Source of the DNA: Paraburkholderia sp.
GTDB taxonomy: Bacteria; Pseudomonadota; Gammaproteobacteria; Burkholderiales; Burkholderiaceae
Assembly (NCBI GenBank): GCA_035492135.1
Contig: DATJJN010000015.1
Coordinates: forward strand, 8,263 to 40,262
Direction: 5' to 3'
DNA length: 32,000 nt
Below, piece after piece: positions 17,242 to 26,057 of this stretch; position 1 is the first letter of the stretch; the number at the start of each line of letters is the position of its first letter. The notes beneath the pieces were generated by a model, which had not been told where the DNA came from, made no database searches, and saw only the letters and a program-made list of their open reading frames with translations. Position numbers and translations under genes: made by a program.

Positions 17242-17652
17242 CTAACGTGGCGGCGGCGCGTCGCTGATCCTGAGTTCCATGAACCCGGTGTCCGCATCGG
17301 GTTCGCGCGAGAAGCGATGCGCCGGCAGCACCGCCAGCAACAACTCGGCTGTCGTGCGCACGATGCATCCGTGCGCGACGTGACCACCGCACACGCGCCC
17401 TTGCGCATCCGCGACGGACATGTGCAGATGCGCGCCGTCCGGCGACACCGAACCGGCCAACGTCAGGATTTCCAGATCCCCGCGCAATTCGCTCGGCGCA
17501 TCGATACCCGCGAATCGCAGTTGCGCGACGCCGAGACTGCCGATCCCCTGGATCACGAACGCCGCCTCCCATCCGCGCTCGCGCAGCACGTGTTCGACCG
17601 AAGCGCGCAGATCGTCGCCTGGAGCAAGACGTAGCGGATGAGCGTGCATCAC
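17242..17652 (-). CDS. PPC (DUF296) domain protein
   Basis: About 136 aa. HPLRLAPGDDLRASVEHVLRERGWEAAFVIQGIGSL...ILTLAGSVSPDGAHLHMSVAD..GRVCGGHV is typical of the PPC/DUF296 fold. The start is either the GTG at 17652 or the ATG at 17649, with GAGAGG upstream. Confidence 0.8.
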   Translation of the reverse strand: MMHAHPLRLAPGDDLRASVEHVLRERGWEAAFVIQGIGSLGVAQLRFAGIDAPSELRGDLEILTLAGSVSPDGAHLHMSVADAQGRVCGGHVAHGCIVRTTAELLLAVLPAHRFSREPDADTGFMELRISDAPPPR

Positions 17653-17689
17653 GGGCGGCCTCTCACGAGCGAGCGACGAGCGTCGCGAG

Positions 17690-17902
17690 TCAATCCCAGA
17701 TGTTCCGGAACGCCACCGCGACGATCACCGGCACGCACAACACCAGCGGAATCGCGAAGTACGGCACCTCGAGATCGACCTTCCAGCTGTAGATGATCCA
17801 GCCGACGCCGATGCCGAGCGTCAGGATGCCGACCAGCGCGGTGAGCAGGTTCAGCACCCAGGTCGGCGGGCGCTTGCGCTTCTTGTCGGGTGGCGTATTC
17901 AT
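17690..17902 (-). CDS. Hypothetical 70-aa two-helix membrane protein
   Basis: MNTPPDKKRKRPPTWVLNLLTALVGILTLGIGVGWIIYSWKVDLEVPYFAIPLVLCVPVIVAVAFRNIWD has a basic N-terminus and two hydrophobic helices. It lies 37 nt upstream of the PPC gene on the same strand. The start is taken at the ATG at 17902 because the longer track ORF would run through the kinase terminator hairpin. Confidence 0.6.
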   Translation of the reverse strand: MNTPPDKKRKRPPTWVLNLLTALVGILTLGIGVGWIIYSWKVDLEVPYFAIPLVLCVPVIVAVAFRNIWD

Positions 17903-17925
17903 GGCAGTCACGCAAAGGGCTGAGA

Positions 17926-17947
17926 TGCCGGACATTTTACTCCGGCA
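17926..17947 (-). terminator. Hairpin just downstream of the FGGY kinase stop
   Basis: A 7-bp stem TGCCGGA (17926-17932) / TCCGGCA (17941-17947) with an 8-nt loop, 19 nt after the stop at 17966. There is no clear U-tract. Confidence 0.35.
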
Positions 17948-17965
17948 CCGCATCGACCCCGCGTG

Positions 17966-19510
17966 TCACTCCGGTTGCAGACGGTGCATCAACGGCTTGA
18001 GCGCCGGATACAGATCCGCGTACACGGCGAAGCGTTTCGCGTACAACGCGCGGCGCGACGCATCCGGCCTCGCGCGCTCGATCAGCGTGACCCAGCCGCG
18101 CTGCGCGTCCTCGCGCGTGACGAGCCCGGCGCCGAGCGCGGCCAGCAACGCGGCGCCCATCGCGGCCTCGACGTCTTCCTGGATCGTGTAGACCGGATAG
18201 CCGGTCACGTCCGCGATGATCTGCATCCACAGGTCCGAATGCGCGGCGCCGCCGACGACGATCAACCGCTCGTCGAGCCGTTCGGCCCCCTTCCTGCCCG
18301 CGTCGATGTTGTGCTGCAGCGCGAACGCGACGCCTTCGAGCACCGCGCGATAAAGATGCGCGCGCGTATCGAACAGATTCAGGCCGACGAACGCGCCGCT
18401 CGCCTTCGCATCCCACACGGGGCTGCGCTCGCCCATCAGATACGGCAGGAACATCACGCCGTCCGAGCCGGCCGGCACCCGCGCTGCTGCGTCTTCGAGC
18501 AGACGGTGCGCGTCGTGGTGCGAGGCGGCCTTCGCCGCTTCGACTTCCGCGTGGCAGAACTGGTCGCGAAACCACGCGACCGATGCACCCGCCGTGCTCG
18601 CGCCGCCGAACACGTACAGGTCGTGGCGGCCGTTGAACACGTGCGGCATCGCAACCAGGCCGTGACTCGCGTCGACGCGCTGGTTCACATAGCCCCAGCA
18701 CATGCTGGTGCCGATCATCGCGACGTGCTGGCCGGTCTGCGTGACGCCGGCCGCGAACGTCGCGACCGCCGCGTCGATGCCGCCCGCCACCACCGCCGTA
18801 CCGGCGTCGAGCCCGAGTTGCGCGGCGGCGTGCGTCGTCAGCGTGCCGACGACGTCGGTCGAATCGACGAGCCGTGACGGCATTTTCGAGCGCTCGATGC
18901 CGAGCGCGTCGAGCATTTCGTCGGACCAGTCGCGCCGCGCGATGTCGTACACGCCGCCGATATTGCCGGCCGAGCAGTGATCGACCGCGATCTCGCCGGT
19001 GAGCCGGTAGATCACATACGCATTCGGCGGCAGCAGGTAGCGCGTGGCCGCCCACACCTTCGGCTGATGCTCGCGCAGCCACAGCATCTTCGTGTAGCCG
19101 TAATAGCTGTCGACGCCGTTGCCGGTGATCGTCGCGAGCCGCGCCATGTCGACGTGCGAGCGCACCCAGTCCACCTCGGCGGTCGCGCGGCGATCCATCC
19201 AGATCAGACACGGATAGAGCGGCTCGATCGCGTCGTCGACCGGGATCCCGGACCCGCCGTACAGGCTGCTGATGCAGACGGCCTTGATGGACGCGGTGTC
19301 GATGTGCTGCGCTTTCGCGCGCGCGACGACCTCGGCGATGCACACGCTGACCGCATCGAACCACACGGACGGCCACTGCTCGGCCCACAACGGACGCGGC
19401 GTGTCGGGCTGATACCCCGACGCATGCTGCGCGACGATCGCGCCATGCCGATCCACCAGCAGCGCCTTCGTGCTCTGGGTGCCGATATCCACGCCGATCA
19501 CGTATTCCAT
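17966..19510 (-). CDS. FGGY-family carbohydrate kinase (xylulokinase-like; substrate unknown)
   Basis: N-terminal phosphate-1 motif [20 protein letters not shown], with later GGASTAGA and [18 protein letters not shown] blocks. Length is 514 aa. GGAGA lies 4 nt before the ATG. Confidence 0.9.
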   Translation of the reverse strand: MEYVIGVDIGTQSTKALLVDRHGAIVAQHASGYQPDTPRPLWAEQWPSVWFDAVSVCIAEVVARAKAQHIDTASIKAVCISSLYGGSGIPVDDAIEPLYPCLIWMDRRATAEVDWVRSHVDMARLATITGNGVDSYYGYTKMLWLREHQPKVWAATRYLLPPNAYVIYRLTGEIAVDHCSAGNIGGVYDIARRDWSDEMLDALGIERSKMPSRLVDSTDVVGTLTTHAAAQLGLDAGTAVVAGGIDAAVATFAAGVTQTGQHVAMIGTSMCWGYVNQRVDASHGLVAMPHVFNGRHDLYVFGGASTAGASVAWFRDQFCHAEVEAAKAASHHDAHRLLEDAAARVPAGSDGVMFLPYLMGERSPVWDAKASGAFVGLNLFDTRAHLYRAVLEGVAFALQHNIDAGRKGAERLDERLIVVGGAAHSDLWMQIIADVTGYPVYTIQEDVEAAMGAALLAALGAGLVTREDAQRGWVTLIERARPDASRRALYAKRFAVYADLYPALKPLMHRLQPE

Positions 19511-19641
19511 GTCGTCTCCGTCGATTTGATGTCTGGAGTCCGTCGATCATCGAACCGCGCCGATGCGCTGCAAGACGCGGCGGACCGGCGTTGCATCGCG
19601 ACATCGTACCCCGCGTGCGGCGCGGGTCACAAGGGGCTGAA

Positions 19642-19680
19642 AAGCGGCCGAAGAGCGGCCGGAAACGACCCAAAAGCGGC
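19642..19680. repeat. Imperfect 18-nt direct repeat with 21-nt period in the kinase / aldehyde dehydrogenase intergenic region
   Basis: AAGCGGCCGAAGAGCGGC (19642-19659) and AAACGACCCAAAAGCGGC (19663-19680) match at 14 of 18 positions. The four mismatches fall at repeat positions 3, 6, 9 and 12. Confidence 0.6.
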
Positions 19681-19699
19681 ACCTCCAGCGCCTTTTCCA

Positions 19700-19711
19700 G
19701 TGCATATGCAC
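19700..19711. promoter_or_regulatory. Perfect 12-bp palindrome GTGCATATGCAC (candidate operator)
   Basis: Read directly. The sequence is self-complementary and lies 108 nt upstream of the aldehyde dehydrogenase ATG and 190 nt upstream of the divergent kinase ATG. Confidence 0.4.
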
Positions 19712-19818
19712 GCATACCGCGCGGCTGCGGCGGCGTCAGCAAGGCGCGCGCGTCGATGGCAAAATGTCCGGTCTGCCGTTCCCCTCCACCTTCCATCGCA
19801 GAAGAGGACCGCATCACC

Positions 19819-21261
19819 ATGAGTTCGAGCGCGAAGCCCTACCCGGATACCCAGATTTACGTCGACGGCGCGTGGCGCGCCGGCGCGAAGACCATCGCCG
19901 TCATCGACCCGGCCACCGAGGCCGAGATCGGCCGCCTCTCGCTCGCAAGCGAGCGCGACCTGTCCGACGCCGCCGACGCTGCCGCGCGTGCGTTCCGCGA
20001 ATGGCGCAAGGTGCCGGCGTTCGAGCGCAGCAAGCTGATGCGCCGCGCGGCGGACCTGCTGCGCGGGCGCGCGGAGGAAGTCGCGACGATCATGACGCGC
20101 GAACAGGGCAAGCCACTCTTCGAATCGCGCATCGAAACGCTGAACGGCGCGGACACGATCGACTGGTTCGCCGAAGAAGCGCGCCGCACGTATGGCCGCG
20201 TGATTCCGTCCCGCTCGGACGCGGTGCGCAACGTCGTGCTGCGCGAGCCGGTGGGTCCGGTCGCCGCGTTCACGCCGTGGAATTTCCCGCTGAATCAGGC
20301 GGTGCGCAAGGTGTCGGCCGCGCTCGCGTCGGGCTGCACCGTCGTGCTGAAGGGACCGGAAGAAACGCCCGCGAGCTGCGCGGCGCTCGTGCAGGCGTTC
20401 GTCGACGCGGGGTTGCCGGCCGGCGTGCTGAACCTCGTGTTCGGCGTGCCCGCCGAGGTGTCGTCGTATCTGATCGCGCATCCGGCGATCCGCAAGATCT
20501 CGTTCACCGGCTCGACGCCGGTCGGCAAGCTGCTCGCGGCGAAGGCCGGCGAGCACATGAAGCGCGTGACGATGGAACTCGGCGGCCACGCGCCGGCGCT
20601 CGTGTTCGCCGACGCGGACGTGCCGCGCGCAGCGAAGCTGCTCGCCGGCGCGAAGTTCCGCAACGCGGGCCAGGTGTGCATCTCGCCGACGCGCTTTATG
20701 GTCGAAGACGCGGCCTATGACGAGTTCGTCGAGCACTTCGTCGCGGCGGCGCGCGCGATCAAGGTCGGCAACGGTCTCGAAGAAGGCGTGCAGATGGGCC
20801 CGCTCGCGAACGACCGCCGTCTCGCCGCGATGGAGCGCATCGTCGCCGACGCGCGCGAGCACGGCGCGAACGTGCGCACGGGCGGCGAGCGCGTCGGCCG
20901 CGAAGGCTACTTCTTCGCGCCGACGGTGCTGACCGACGTGCCGCTGTCCGCCGGCATCATGAATTCGGAGCCGTTCGGCCCGGTCGCGCCGGTGTCGCGT
21001 TTCTCGCGCTACGAAGACGCGATCGCGGAAGCGAACCGTCTGCCGTACGGTCTCGCGTCGTATGCGTACACGCGTTCGACGGCGACGTCGGCCGCGCTGT
21101 CCGACGACATCGAAACCGGCATGGTATCGATCAATCACCACGGCCTCGGCCTCGCGGAAACGCCGTTCGGCGGCGTGAAAGATTCGGGCTACGGCTCGGA
21201 AGGCGGCAGCGAAGCGATGGAAGCGTATCTCGTGACGAAGCTCGTGACCGAGCATCGCTGA
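19819..21261 (+). CDS. NAD(P)-dependent aldehyde dehydrogenase (succinate-semialdehyde / 2,5-dioxovalerate dehydrogenase-like)
   Basis: ALDH blocks FTPWNFP, catalytic Glu in MELGGHAP, catalytic Cys in [11 protein letters not shown], and EPFGPV near the C-terminus. The start is taken at the ATG at 19819 ([19 protein letters not shown]), with GAAGAGGA upstream. The track start at 19591 is an upstream extension with low GC3. Confidence 0.92.
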   Translation: MSSSAKPYPDTQIYVDGAWRAGAKTIAVIDPATEAEIGRLSLASERDLSDAADAAARAFREWRKVPAFERSKLMRRAADLLRGRAEEVATIMTREQGKPLFESRIETLNGADTIDWFAEEARRTYGRVIPSRSDAVRNVVLREPVGPVAAFTPWNFPLNQAVRKVSAALASGCTVVLKGPEETPASCAALVQAFVDAGLPAGVLNLVFGVPAEVSSYLIAHPAIRKISFTGSTPVGKLLAAKAGEHMKRVTMELGGHAPALVFADADVPRAAKLLAGAKFRNAGQVCISPTRFMVEDAAYDEFVEHFVAAARAIKVGNGLEEGVQMGPLANDRRLAAMERIVADAREHGANVRTGGERVGREGYFFAPTVLTDVPLSAGIMNSEPFGPVAPVSRFSRYEDAIAEANRLPYGLASYAYTRSTATSAALSDDIETGMVSINHHGLGLAETPFGGVKDSGYGSEGGSEAMEAYLVTKLVTEHR

Positions 21262-21275
21262 TCCCGACGATGCCG

Positions 21276-21313
21276 CGCGGCCCGGTCCGGCACGAACGCC
21301 GCGCCGGGCCGCG
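21276..21313 (+). terminator. GC hairpin downstream of the aldehyde dehydrogenase
   Basis: Perfect 10-bp stem CGCGGCCCGG (21276-21285) / CCGGGCCGCG (21304-21313) with an 18-nt loop and no U-tract. Confidence 0.35.
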
Positions 21314-21424
21314 TAATGAAACGCTGAACGCCCCGCCCCGCCCCGCTGCCGCAATCGCACCCGCACCGTAACCCGAAGATTCAGGTAACGTAGCGCTTCC
21401 GCTCACTCGCGCCGGACTTCGACG

Positions 21425-22765
21425 ATGACCCGCTCCCGCCAACTCCATCTCGGCGCGTTCATGCGGCCGGTCAGCCTGCATACCGGCGCGTGGCGCTTTC
21501 CCGGCGCGTATCCGGACGCGAACTTCAACTTCACGCATCTGAAGCGCTTCGTGCAGACGCTCGAAAGCGCGTGCTTCGACGCGTTCTTCATGGCCGATCA
21601 CCTCGCGGTGCTGAACATGCCGGTGAATGCGCTCAAGCGCAGTCACACCGCGACGTCGTTCGAGCCGTTCACGCTGCTTTCCGCGCTCGCCGCGGTGACG
21701 GAGCGCATCGGCCTCGTCGCCACGGCGTCGACGACGTTCGACGAGCCGTATCACATCGCGCGGCGCTTCGCATCGCTCGATCACCTGAGCAACGGACGCG
21801 CCGGGTGGAATCTCGTGACCACGTCCAACCCCGACGCAGCCCGCAACTTCGGGCGCGAAGAGCACATGGAGCACGATGAGCGCTATCGGCGCGCACGCGA
21901 GTTCTATGACGTCGTCACCGGGCTGTGGGACAGCTGGGCCGACGACGCGTTCGTGCGCGACGTCGAAAGCGGGCTGTTCTTCGATCCCGCGAAACTGCAC
22001 GTGCTCGATCACCAGGGCGAGTACCTGTCGGTGCGCGGCCCGCTGAACATCGCGCGGCCCGTGCAGGGCTGGCCGGTCGTCGTGCAGGCGGGGTCGTCGG
22101 AGGCGGGCAAGCAGGTGGCCGCCGAAACCGCCGATGCGGTGTTCACCGCGCCGCCGACGCTCGCGGCCGGCAAGCGTTTTTATGCGGACGTGAAGAGCCG
22201 CCTCGACCGGCTCGGCCGTTCGCGCGACCATCTGAAGATCCTGCCGGGCGCCTTCGTCGTGGTCGGCGACACGCACGACGAGGCCCTCGAAAAACGCGCG
22301 CTGCTCGACACGTTCGTTCACTACGACAGCGGCATCGCTTCGCTGTCGATCGCGCTCGGCCATGACGTGTCGTCGTTCGATCCCGACGGCCCGCTGCCCG
22401 AGATTCCGGAAACGAACGCGAGCCAAAGCGCGCGACAGCGCGTGCTCGACTGGGCGCACGCGGAGCAATTGACGATCCGCCAGCTCGCGCAACGCATCGG
22501 CGGATATTCGGGATTGCAGATGGTGGGCACGCCCGTCGAGATCGCGGACGAGATGGAGCAATGGCTCGTCGAAGAAGGCAGCGACGGGTTCAACGTGATG
22601 TTCCCTTACCTCCCGGCCGGCCTCGACGACTTCGTGCAGAAGGTCGTGCCCGAACTGCAGCGACGCGGCATTTTCCGCCGCGCGTACGAAGGCACGACGC
22701 TGCGCGACCATCTCGGGCTGCCGCGGCCCGGCAACCGGTTTTTCGGCGCTCCGGCGATCCGCTGA
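21425..22765 (+). CDS. LLM-class flavin-dependent monooxygenase, NtaA/SnaA/DszA family (paralog of 10656-12026)
   Basis: It shares the same conserved blocks as the first copy: FEPFTLLSALAAVTERIGLVATASTTFDEPYHIARRFASLDHLSNGRAGWNLVTT, VVVQAGSSEAGK and PELQRRGIFRRAYEGTTLRDHLGL. By eye it is roughly half identical to the first copy. Confidence 0.9.
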   Translation: MTRSRQLHLGAFMRPVSLHTGAWRFPGAYPDANFNFTHLKRFVQTLESACFDAFFMADHLAVLNMPVNALKRSHTATSFEPFTLLSALAAVTERIGLVATASTTFDEPYHIARRFASLDHLSNGRAGWNLVTTSNPDAARNFGREEHMEHDERYRRAREFYDVVTGLWDSWADDAFVRDVESGLFFDPAKLHVLDHQGEYLSVRGPLNIARPVQGWPVVVQAGSSEAGKQVAAETADAVFTAPPTLAAGKRFYADVKSRLDRLGRSRDHLKILPGAFVVVGDTHDEALEKRALLDTFVHYDSGIASLSIALGHDVSSFDPDGPLPEIPETNASQSARQRVLDWAHAEQLTIRQLAQRIGGYSGLQMVGTPVEIADEMEQWLVEEGSDGFNVMFPYLPAGLDDFVQKVVPELQRRGIFRRAYEGTTLRDHLGLPRPGNRFFGAPAIR

Positions 22766-22862
22766 CCGCCCGGTACGCGACGCGCGAAAAAAAAGGAATA
22801 AATCCGCCCGACCGGATGTTTTCGACAGTATCGGCCGCTTTTCAGCGCCTACTGGAGCGAAC

Positions 22863-23930
22863 ATGCACGACCCATCCCGACCGTCGATCTGCGTACCGTG
22901 CCGGCTTGCCGCGATCGCGGCGGTAGTCGGCTGCGCGGCCGCCGCGTTCGCGTGGACCGCCGGCTGGCTCACGCCGAAACGGCTGAACGCGCCGCACGTG
23001 ATCGACACGTTCGAAACCAATTACGGCATCCATCCCGGCTTCCGGCGCAACCACGCGAAGGGCCTCTGCGTCGAAGGCTGGTTCGACAGCAACGGCAACG
23101 GCGAACGCGTGTCGCGCGCCGCCGTGTTCGCGCCGCAGCAGCGCACGCCGGTGATCGGCCGCTTCGCGATTCCGGGCAGCAATCCGTCCGCGCCCGATGC
23201 GAGCGTGCCGGTGCGCAGCCTCGCGTTGCTGTTTCAGTTGCAGGACGGCGAGCAATGGCGGACCGGCATGAACTCCGCGCCGCTATTCCCGGTCAGCACG
23301 CCGCGCGAGTTCTATGAGCAGCTCGTCGCGTCGAAGCCCGACCCCGCCACCGGCAAGCCCGATCCCGCGACGCTCGATGCGTTCAATCGCGCGCATCCGA
23401 ATACGCAGCCGTTCCGGCAGTGGATAGCCGCGCACCCGCCGTCGACGAGCTTCGCGAACAGCAGCTTCTATAGCGTGAACGCGTTCGTCGCGACGGATGC
23501 CGCCGGCGCCGCGCATGCGGTGCGCTGGGAAGTCGTGCCGGACGCGCCGTACGAACCCGCGACCGCCGCGCAAAAGGCGCAGCCCGATTTCCTGTCGCGC
23601 GACCTCGATACGCGGCTCGCAGCGGGACCGCTGCACTGGCATCTGGTGCTGACCGTCGCCGCACCGGGCGATCCGACCGACGATGCCACCCGCCAATGGC
23701 CGGACACGCGTGAGCGAATCGACGCCGGCACGCTGGTGTTGCAGAACGCGACGCCGCAGCGCGTCGGCCAGTGCCGCGACGTGAACTACGACCCGACCGT
23801 GCTGCCCAACGGCCTCGCGCCGTCCGACGATCCGCTGCTCGCCGCGCGCTCGGCGGCGTACGCGGTGTCGTTCAACCGGCGCACGCACGAAGAAGCGTTC
23901 GCTCAACCTCGCACGGACACCCACCGATGA
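22863..23930 (+). CDS. Catalase-related haem protein (small 'catalase family peroxidase', probably srpA-like clade), exported or membrane-anchored
   Basis: N-terminal hydrophobic segment LAAIAAVVGCAAAAFAWTAGW. The catalase-core blocks are HPGFRRNHAKGLCVEGWF, TPVIGRFA and FYSVNAF. At 355 aa it is much shorter than a true catalase. GGAG lies upstream of the ATG. Confidence 0.8.
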   Translation: MHDPSRPSICVPCRLAAIAAVVGCAAAAFAWTAGWLTPKRLNAPHVIDTFETNYGIHPGFRRNHAKGLCVEGWFDSNGNGERVSRAAVFAPQQRTPVIGRFAIPGSNPSAPDASVPVRSLALLFQLQDGEQWRTGMNSAPLFPVSTPREFYEQLVASKPDPATGKPDPATLDAFNRAHPNTQPFRQWIAAHPPSTSFANSSFYSVNAFVATDAAGAAHAVRWEVVPDAPYEPATAAQKAQPDFLSRDLDTRLAAGPLHWHLVLTVAAPGDPTDDATRQWPDTRERIDAGTLVLQNATPQRVGQCRDVNYDPTVLPNGLAPSDDPLLAARSAAYAVSFNRRTHEEAFAQPRTDTHR

Positions 23931-24472
23931 ACCGCGACTCCCTCCACTTCAACGCGGCCGCCCGGCTCCTGCACTGGCTGATGGCCGTGCTGATCCTGAC
24001 GATGCTGTTCGTCGGCGTCGGGATGGTATCGACCGTGTCGCGGCTTCACGATGCGCTGCTCGCGCTGCATCGTCCGCTCGGCGTCACGCTCCTTGTGCTC
24101 GTCGTGATCCGCGCGGCGATCCGCGTGACGCACCGCACGCCGCCGCTGCCCGCGGACATGCCGCCGTTGCAGCGCGTAGCCGCGAAGGCGTCGCACTACG
24201 CGCTGTACGCGATGATGCTCGCGATGCCGCTGATCGGCTGGTCGATGCTGTCCGCCGGCGGCTATCCGGTCGTGCTCGCGCGAGGCGTGCAGCTGCCGCC
24301 GATCGCGCCGCACAACGTGACGCTCTACGCGGTGTTGCGCAGCGCGCATACGTGGGTCGCGTTTGCGCTTTACGCGACGGTCCTGCTGCATGTCGCCGCC
24401 GCGCTGTTCCATGCGTGGATACGGCGCGACGGCGTGTTCGCAAGCATGGCGCGCGGTCAGCGGCGCGCGTGA
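23927..24472 (+). CDS. Cytochrome b561 family (CybB-like) membrane di-haem protein
   Basis: Four helices with conserved His residues (LLHWLMAVLIL, LHRPLGVTLL, ASHYALYAMML, HVAAALFHAW). The ATG overlaps the upstream stop (ATGA at 23927-23930). Confidence 0.85.
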   Translation: MNRDSLHFNAAARLLHWLMAVLILTMLFVGVGMVSTVSRLHDALLALHRPLGVTLLVLVVIRAAIRVTHRTPPLPADMPPLQRVAAKASHYALYAMMLAMPLIGWSMLSAGGYPVVLARGVQLPPIAPHNVTLYAVLRSAHTWVAFALYATVLLHVAAALFHAWIRRDGVFASMARGQRRA

Positions 24473-24542
24473 GCGCGGTCGGTGGCGCGGTGCCGGCGCT
24501 ATGTAGGCACAACGACGGAGAGGACAAAAGACGCGCGTCGAA

Positions 24543-26057
24543 TCAGTCCTGCGACGGACTTTGCCAGCCGAGCCCGAGGCTCTTTTGCAGCGACACGAAG
24601 TCCGTCAGCAACTCGGCCTGGCCGGCCACGACGTCCTGCTGCGCGGAAAACTCCGCACGCTGCGTGTCGAGCAGATCGACGAGACTCGACGCGCCCGCGC
24701 GATAACGCTGACGCATCAGCACGGCCGAGCGCCCGGCCGACGTCTCGACCTTCTGCAACGTCACCAGATGCTCGCGCTGATACCCGTAGCGCGACAGCGC
24801 GCCGTTCGCGTCCTGCAGCGCGGCGAGCACCGCCTTCGTGTAACGCGCTTCGGCCTCGTCGCGCGATGCCTCGGCGCCGTGCACCGCGCCGAGCGTGCGC
24901 CCGAAATCGAACAGATTCCATTGCAGATACGGCACGCCGATCCAGCTGAAGTTGGTCTTGCGAAACAGATGCCCCGGGTCGCCGGCCGTGAAGCCGAGAT
25001 CGCCGAGCAGCGTGACCTTCGGCAGAAAGTCGGCGACGTGCTCGCCGATCTGCGCGTTGCTCGACGCCAGCCGCCGCTCGGCCGCGCGGATGTCCGGACG
25101 CTGCGCGAGCAGCGTCGCCGGGTCGCCGACCGGCACCGTCGCGGGCAGCGACGGCAACGGCTGCGGCGTGGACAACTGCGCGTCGAGCGCGCCCGGCGGC
25201 TTGCCGGTCAGCACCGCGAGCTGGTCGAGCGACGCGGCCACCTGCGCCTCGAGCGGCGAGAACGTCGAGCGCGTGTTCTCGACCTGGGTCGTCAGCCGTT
25301 CGACGTCGACCTCGGCCGCCGTGCCGCCCGCGCGGCGCTGCTGCGTGAGTTCGAGCATCTGCTGCTGCAGGTCCGCGGACTGGCGCGCGAGCGCGAGCCG
25401 CTGCTGCTCGTCGCGCAACGCGATGTACGCCTGTGCGACCTCGGCGGTCAGCGAGACCTGGGCATCCGAAAGGTCTGCGTCGACCGCTTCGGCTTCGGCG
25501 CTCGCCGCCTCGACCGCGCGACGCGTGCCGCCGAACAGATCGATTTCCCACGACGCGTCGAAGCCGGCCGTGTAAAGCTGCACCGGCCCGCCCCCGGACG
25601 ACGGCGCCTGCCCGCTCCCGTTCGCGCCGGACAGCGCGCTCAAATCCGGCTGGCGAAAGCGCACGGCGGCGGAGTACGCGGACACCTTCGGCAACTGGTT
25701 GGCCCGCTGCTGCTGCAACTGCGAACGCGCTTCGCGCAGCCGCGCCTGCGCCGCGCGCAGATCCGGGTTATGCGCGAGCGCCGCGTCGATCAGCGCGTTC
25801 AGTTGCGGGTCGTTCAGCGCGAGCCACCACTGGGCCGGCGCATGCGTCGACACGATGCCGGCCGCCGGCGCGCGCACGAACGACGCGGCATGGGCGGCCT
25901 CGGGCGCAACGGACGGCGCACCGCGGTAATCGGGGCCGACCGTGCAGGCCGCGAGCGCACACGCAGCGGCAAGCGCGCCGGCGCTCAGCCCGGCACGCGG
26001 GCCGATGCGAAGAGAAAAGGAACGAGGAGCGATCATCATCGAGCGGTCAAGGGGCAT
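24543..26057 (-). CDS. Efflux outer-membrane factor lipoprotein (NodT/OprM family)
   Basis: The lipobox in ALAAACALAACTVGPDY is followed by the family motif GPDY, then long coiled repeats and a C-terminal LQKSLGLGW. The ATG at 26057 overlaps the emrB-like stop (TGATG). MMIAPR, 18 nt downstream, is an alternative start. The 971-aa track ORF is an upstream in-frame artefact. Confidence 0.9.
   Translation of the reverse strand: MPLDRSMMIAPRSFSLRIGPRAGLSAGALAAACALAACTVGPDYRGAPSVAPEAAHAASFVRAPAAGIVSTHAPAQWWLALNDPQLNALIDAALAHNPDLRAAQARLREARSQLQQQRANQLPKVSAYSAAVRFRQPDLSALSGANGSGQAPSSGGGPVQLYTAGFDASWEIDLFGGTRRAVEAASAEAEAVDADLSDAQVSLTAEVAQAYIALRDEQQRLALARQSADLQQQMLELTQQRRAGGTAAEVDVERLTTQVENTRSTFSPLEAQVAASLDQLAVLTGKPPGALDAQLSTPQPLPSLPATVPVGDPATLLAQRPDIRAAERRLASSNAQIGEHVADFLPKVTLLGDLGFTAGDPGHLFRKTNFSWIGVPYLQWNLFDFGRTLGAVHGAEASRDEAEARYTKAVLAALQDANGALSRYGYQREHLVTLQKVETSAGRSAVLMRQRYRAGASSLVDLLDTQRAEFSAQQDVVAGQAELLTDFVSLQKSLGLGWQSPSQD

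Noticed and set aside
19591-19818. 76-codon N-terminal extension of the aldehyde dehydrogenase from a TTG (contains KRPKSG twice)
   Set aside because: Third-position G+C is only about 68% by hand count, against about 90% in the real genes. The extension has no counterpart in ALDH family N-termini. The ATG at 19819 has a good GAAGAGGA Shine-Dalgarno sequence and yields a canonical ALDH start. The repeat itself is kept as a finding.
21331-21345. (CCCCG)x3 microsatellite between the aldehyde dehydrogenase and the second LLM gene
   Set aside because: Three units are too few for slipped-strand phase variation, and the repeat lies in a G+C-rich spacer. It is probably incidental.
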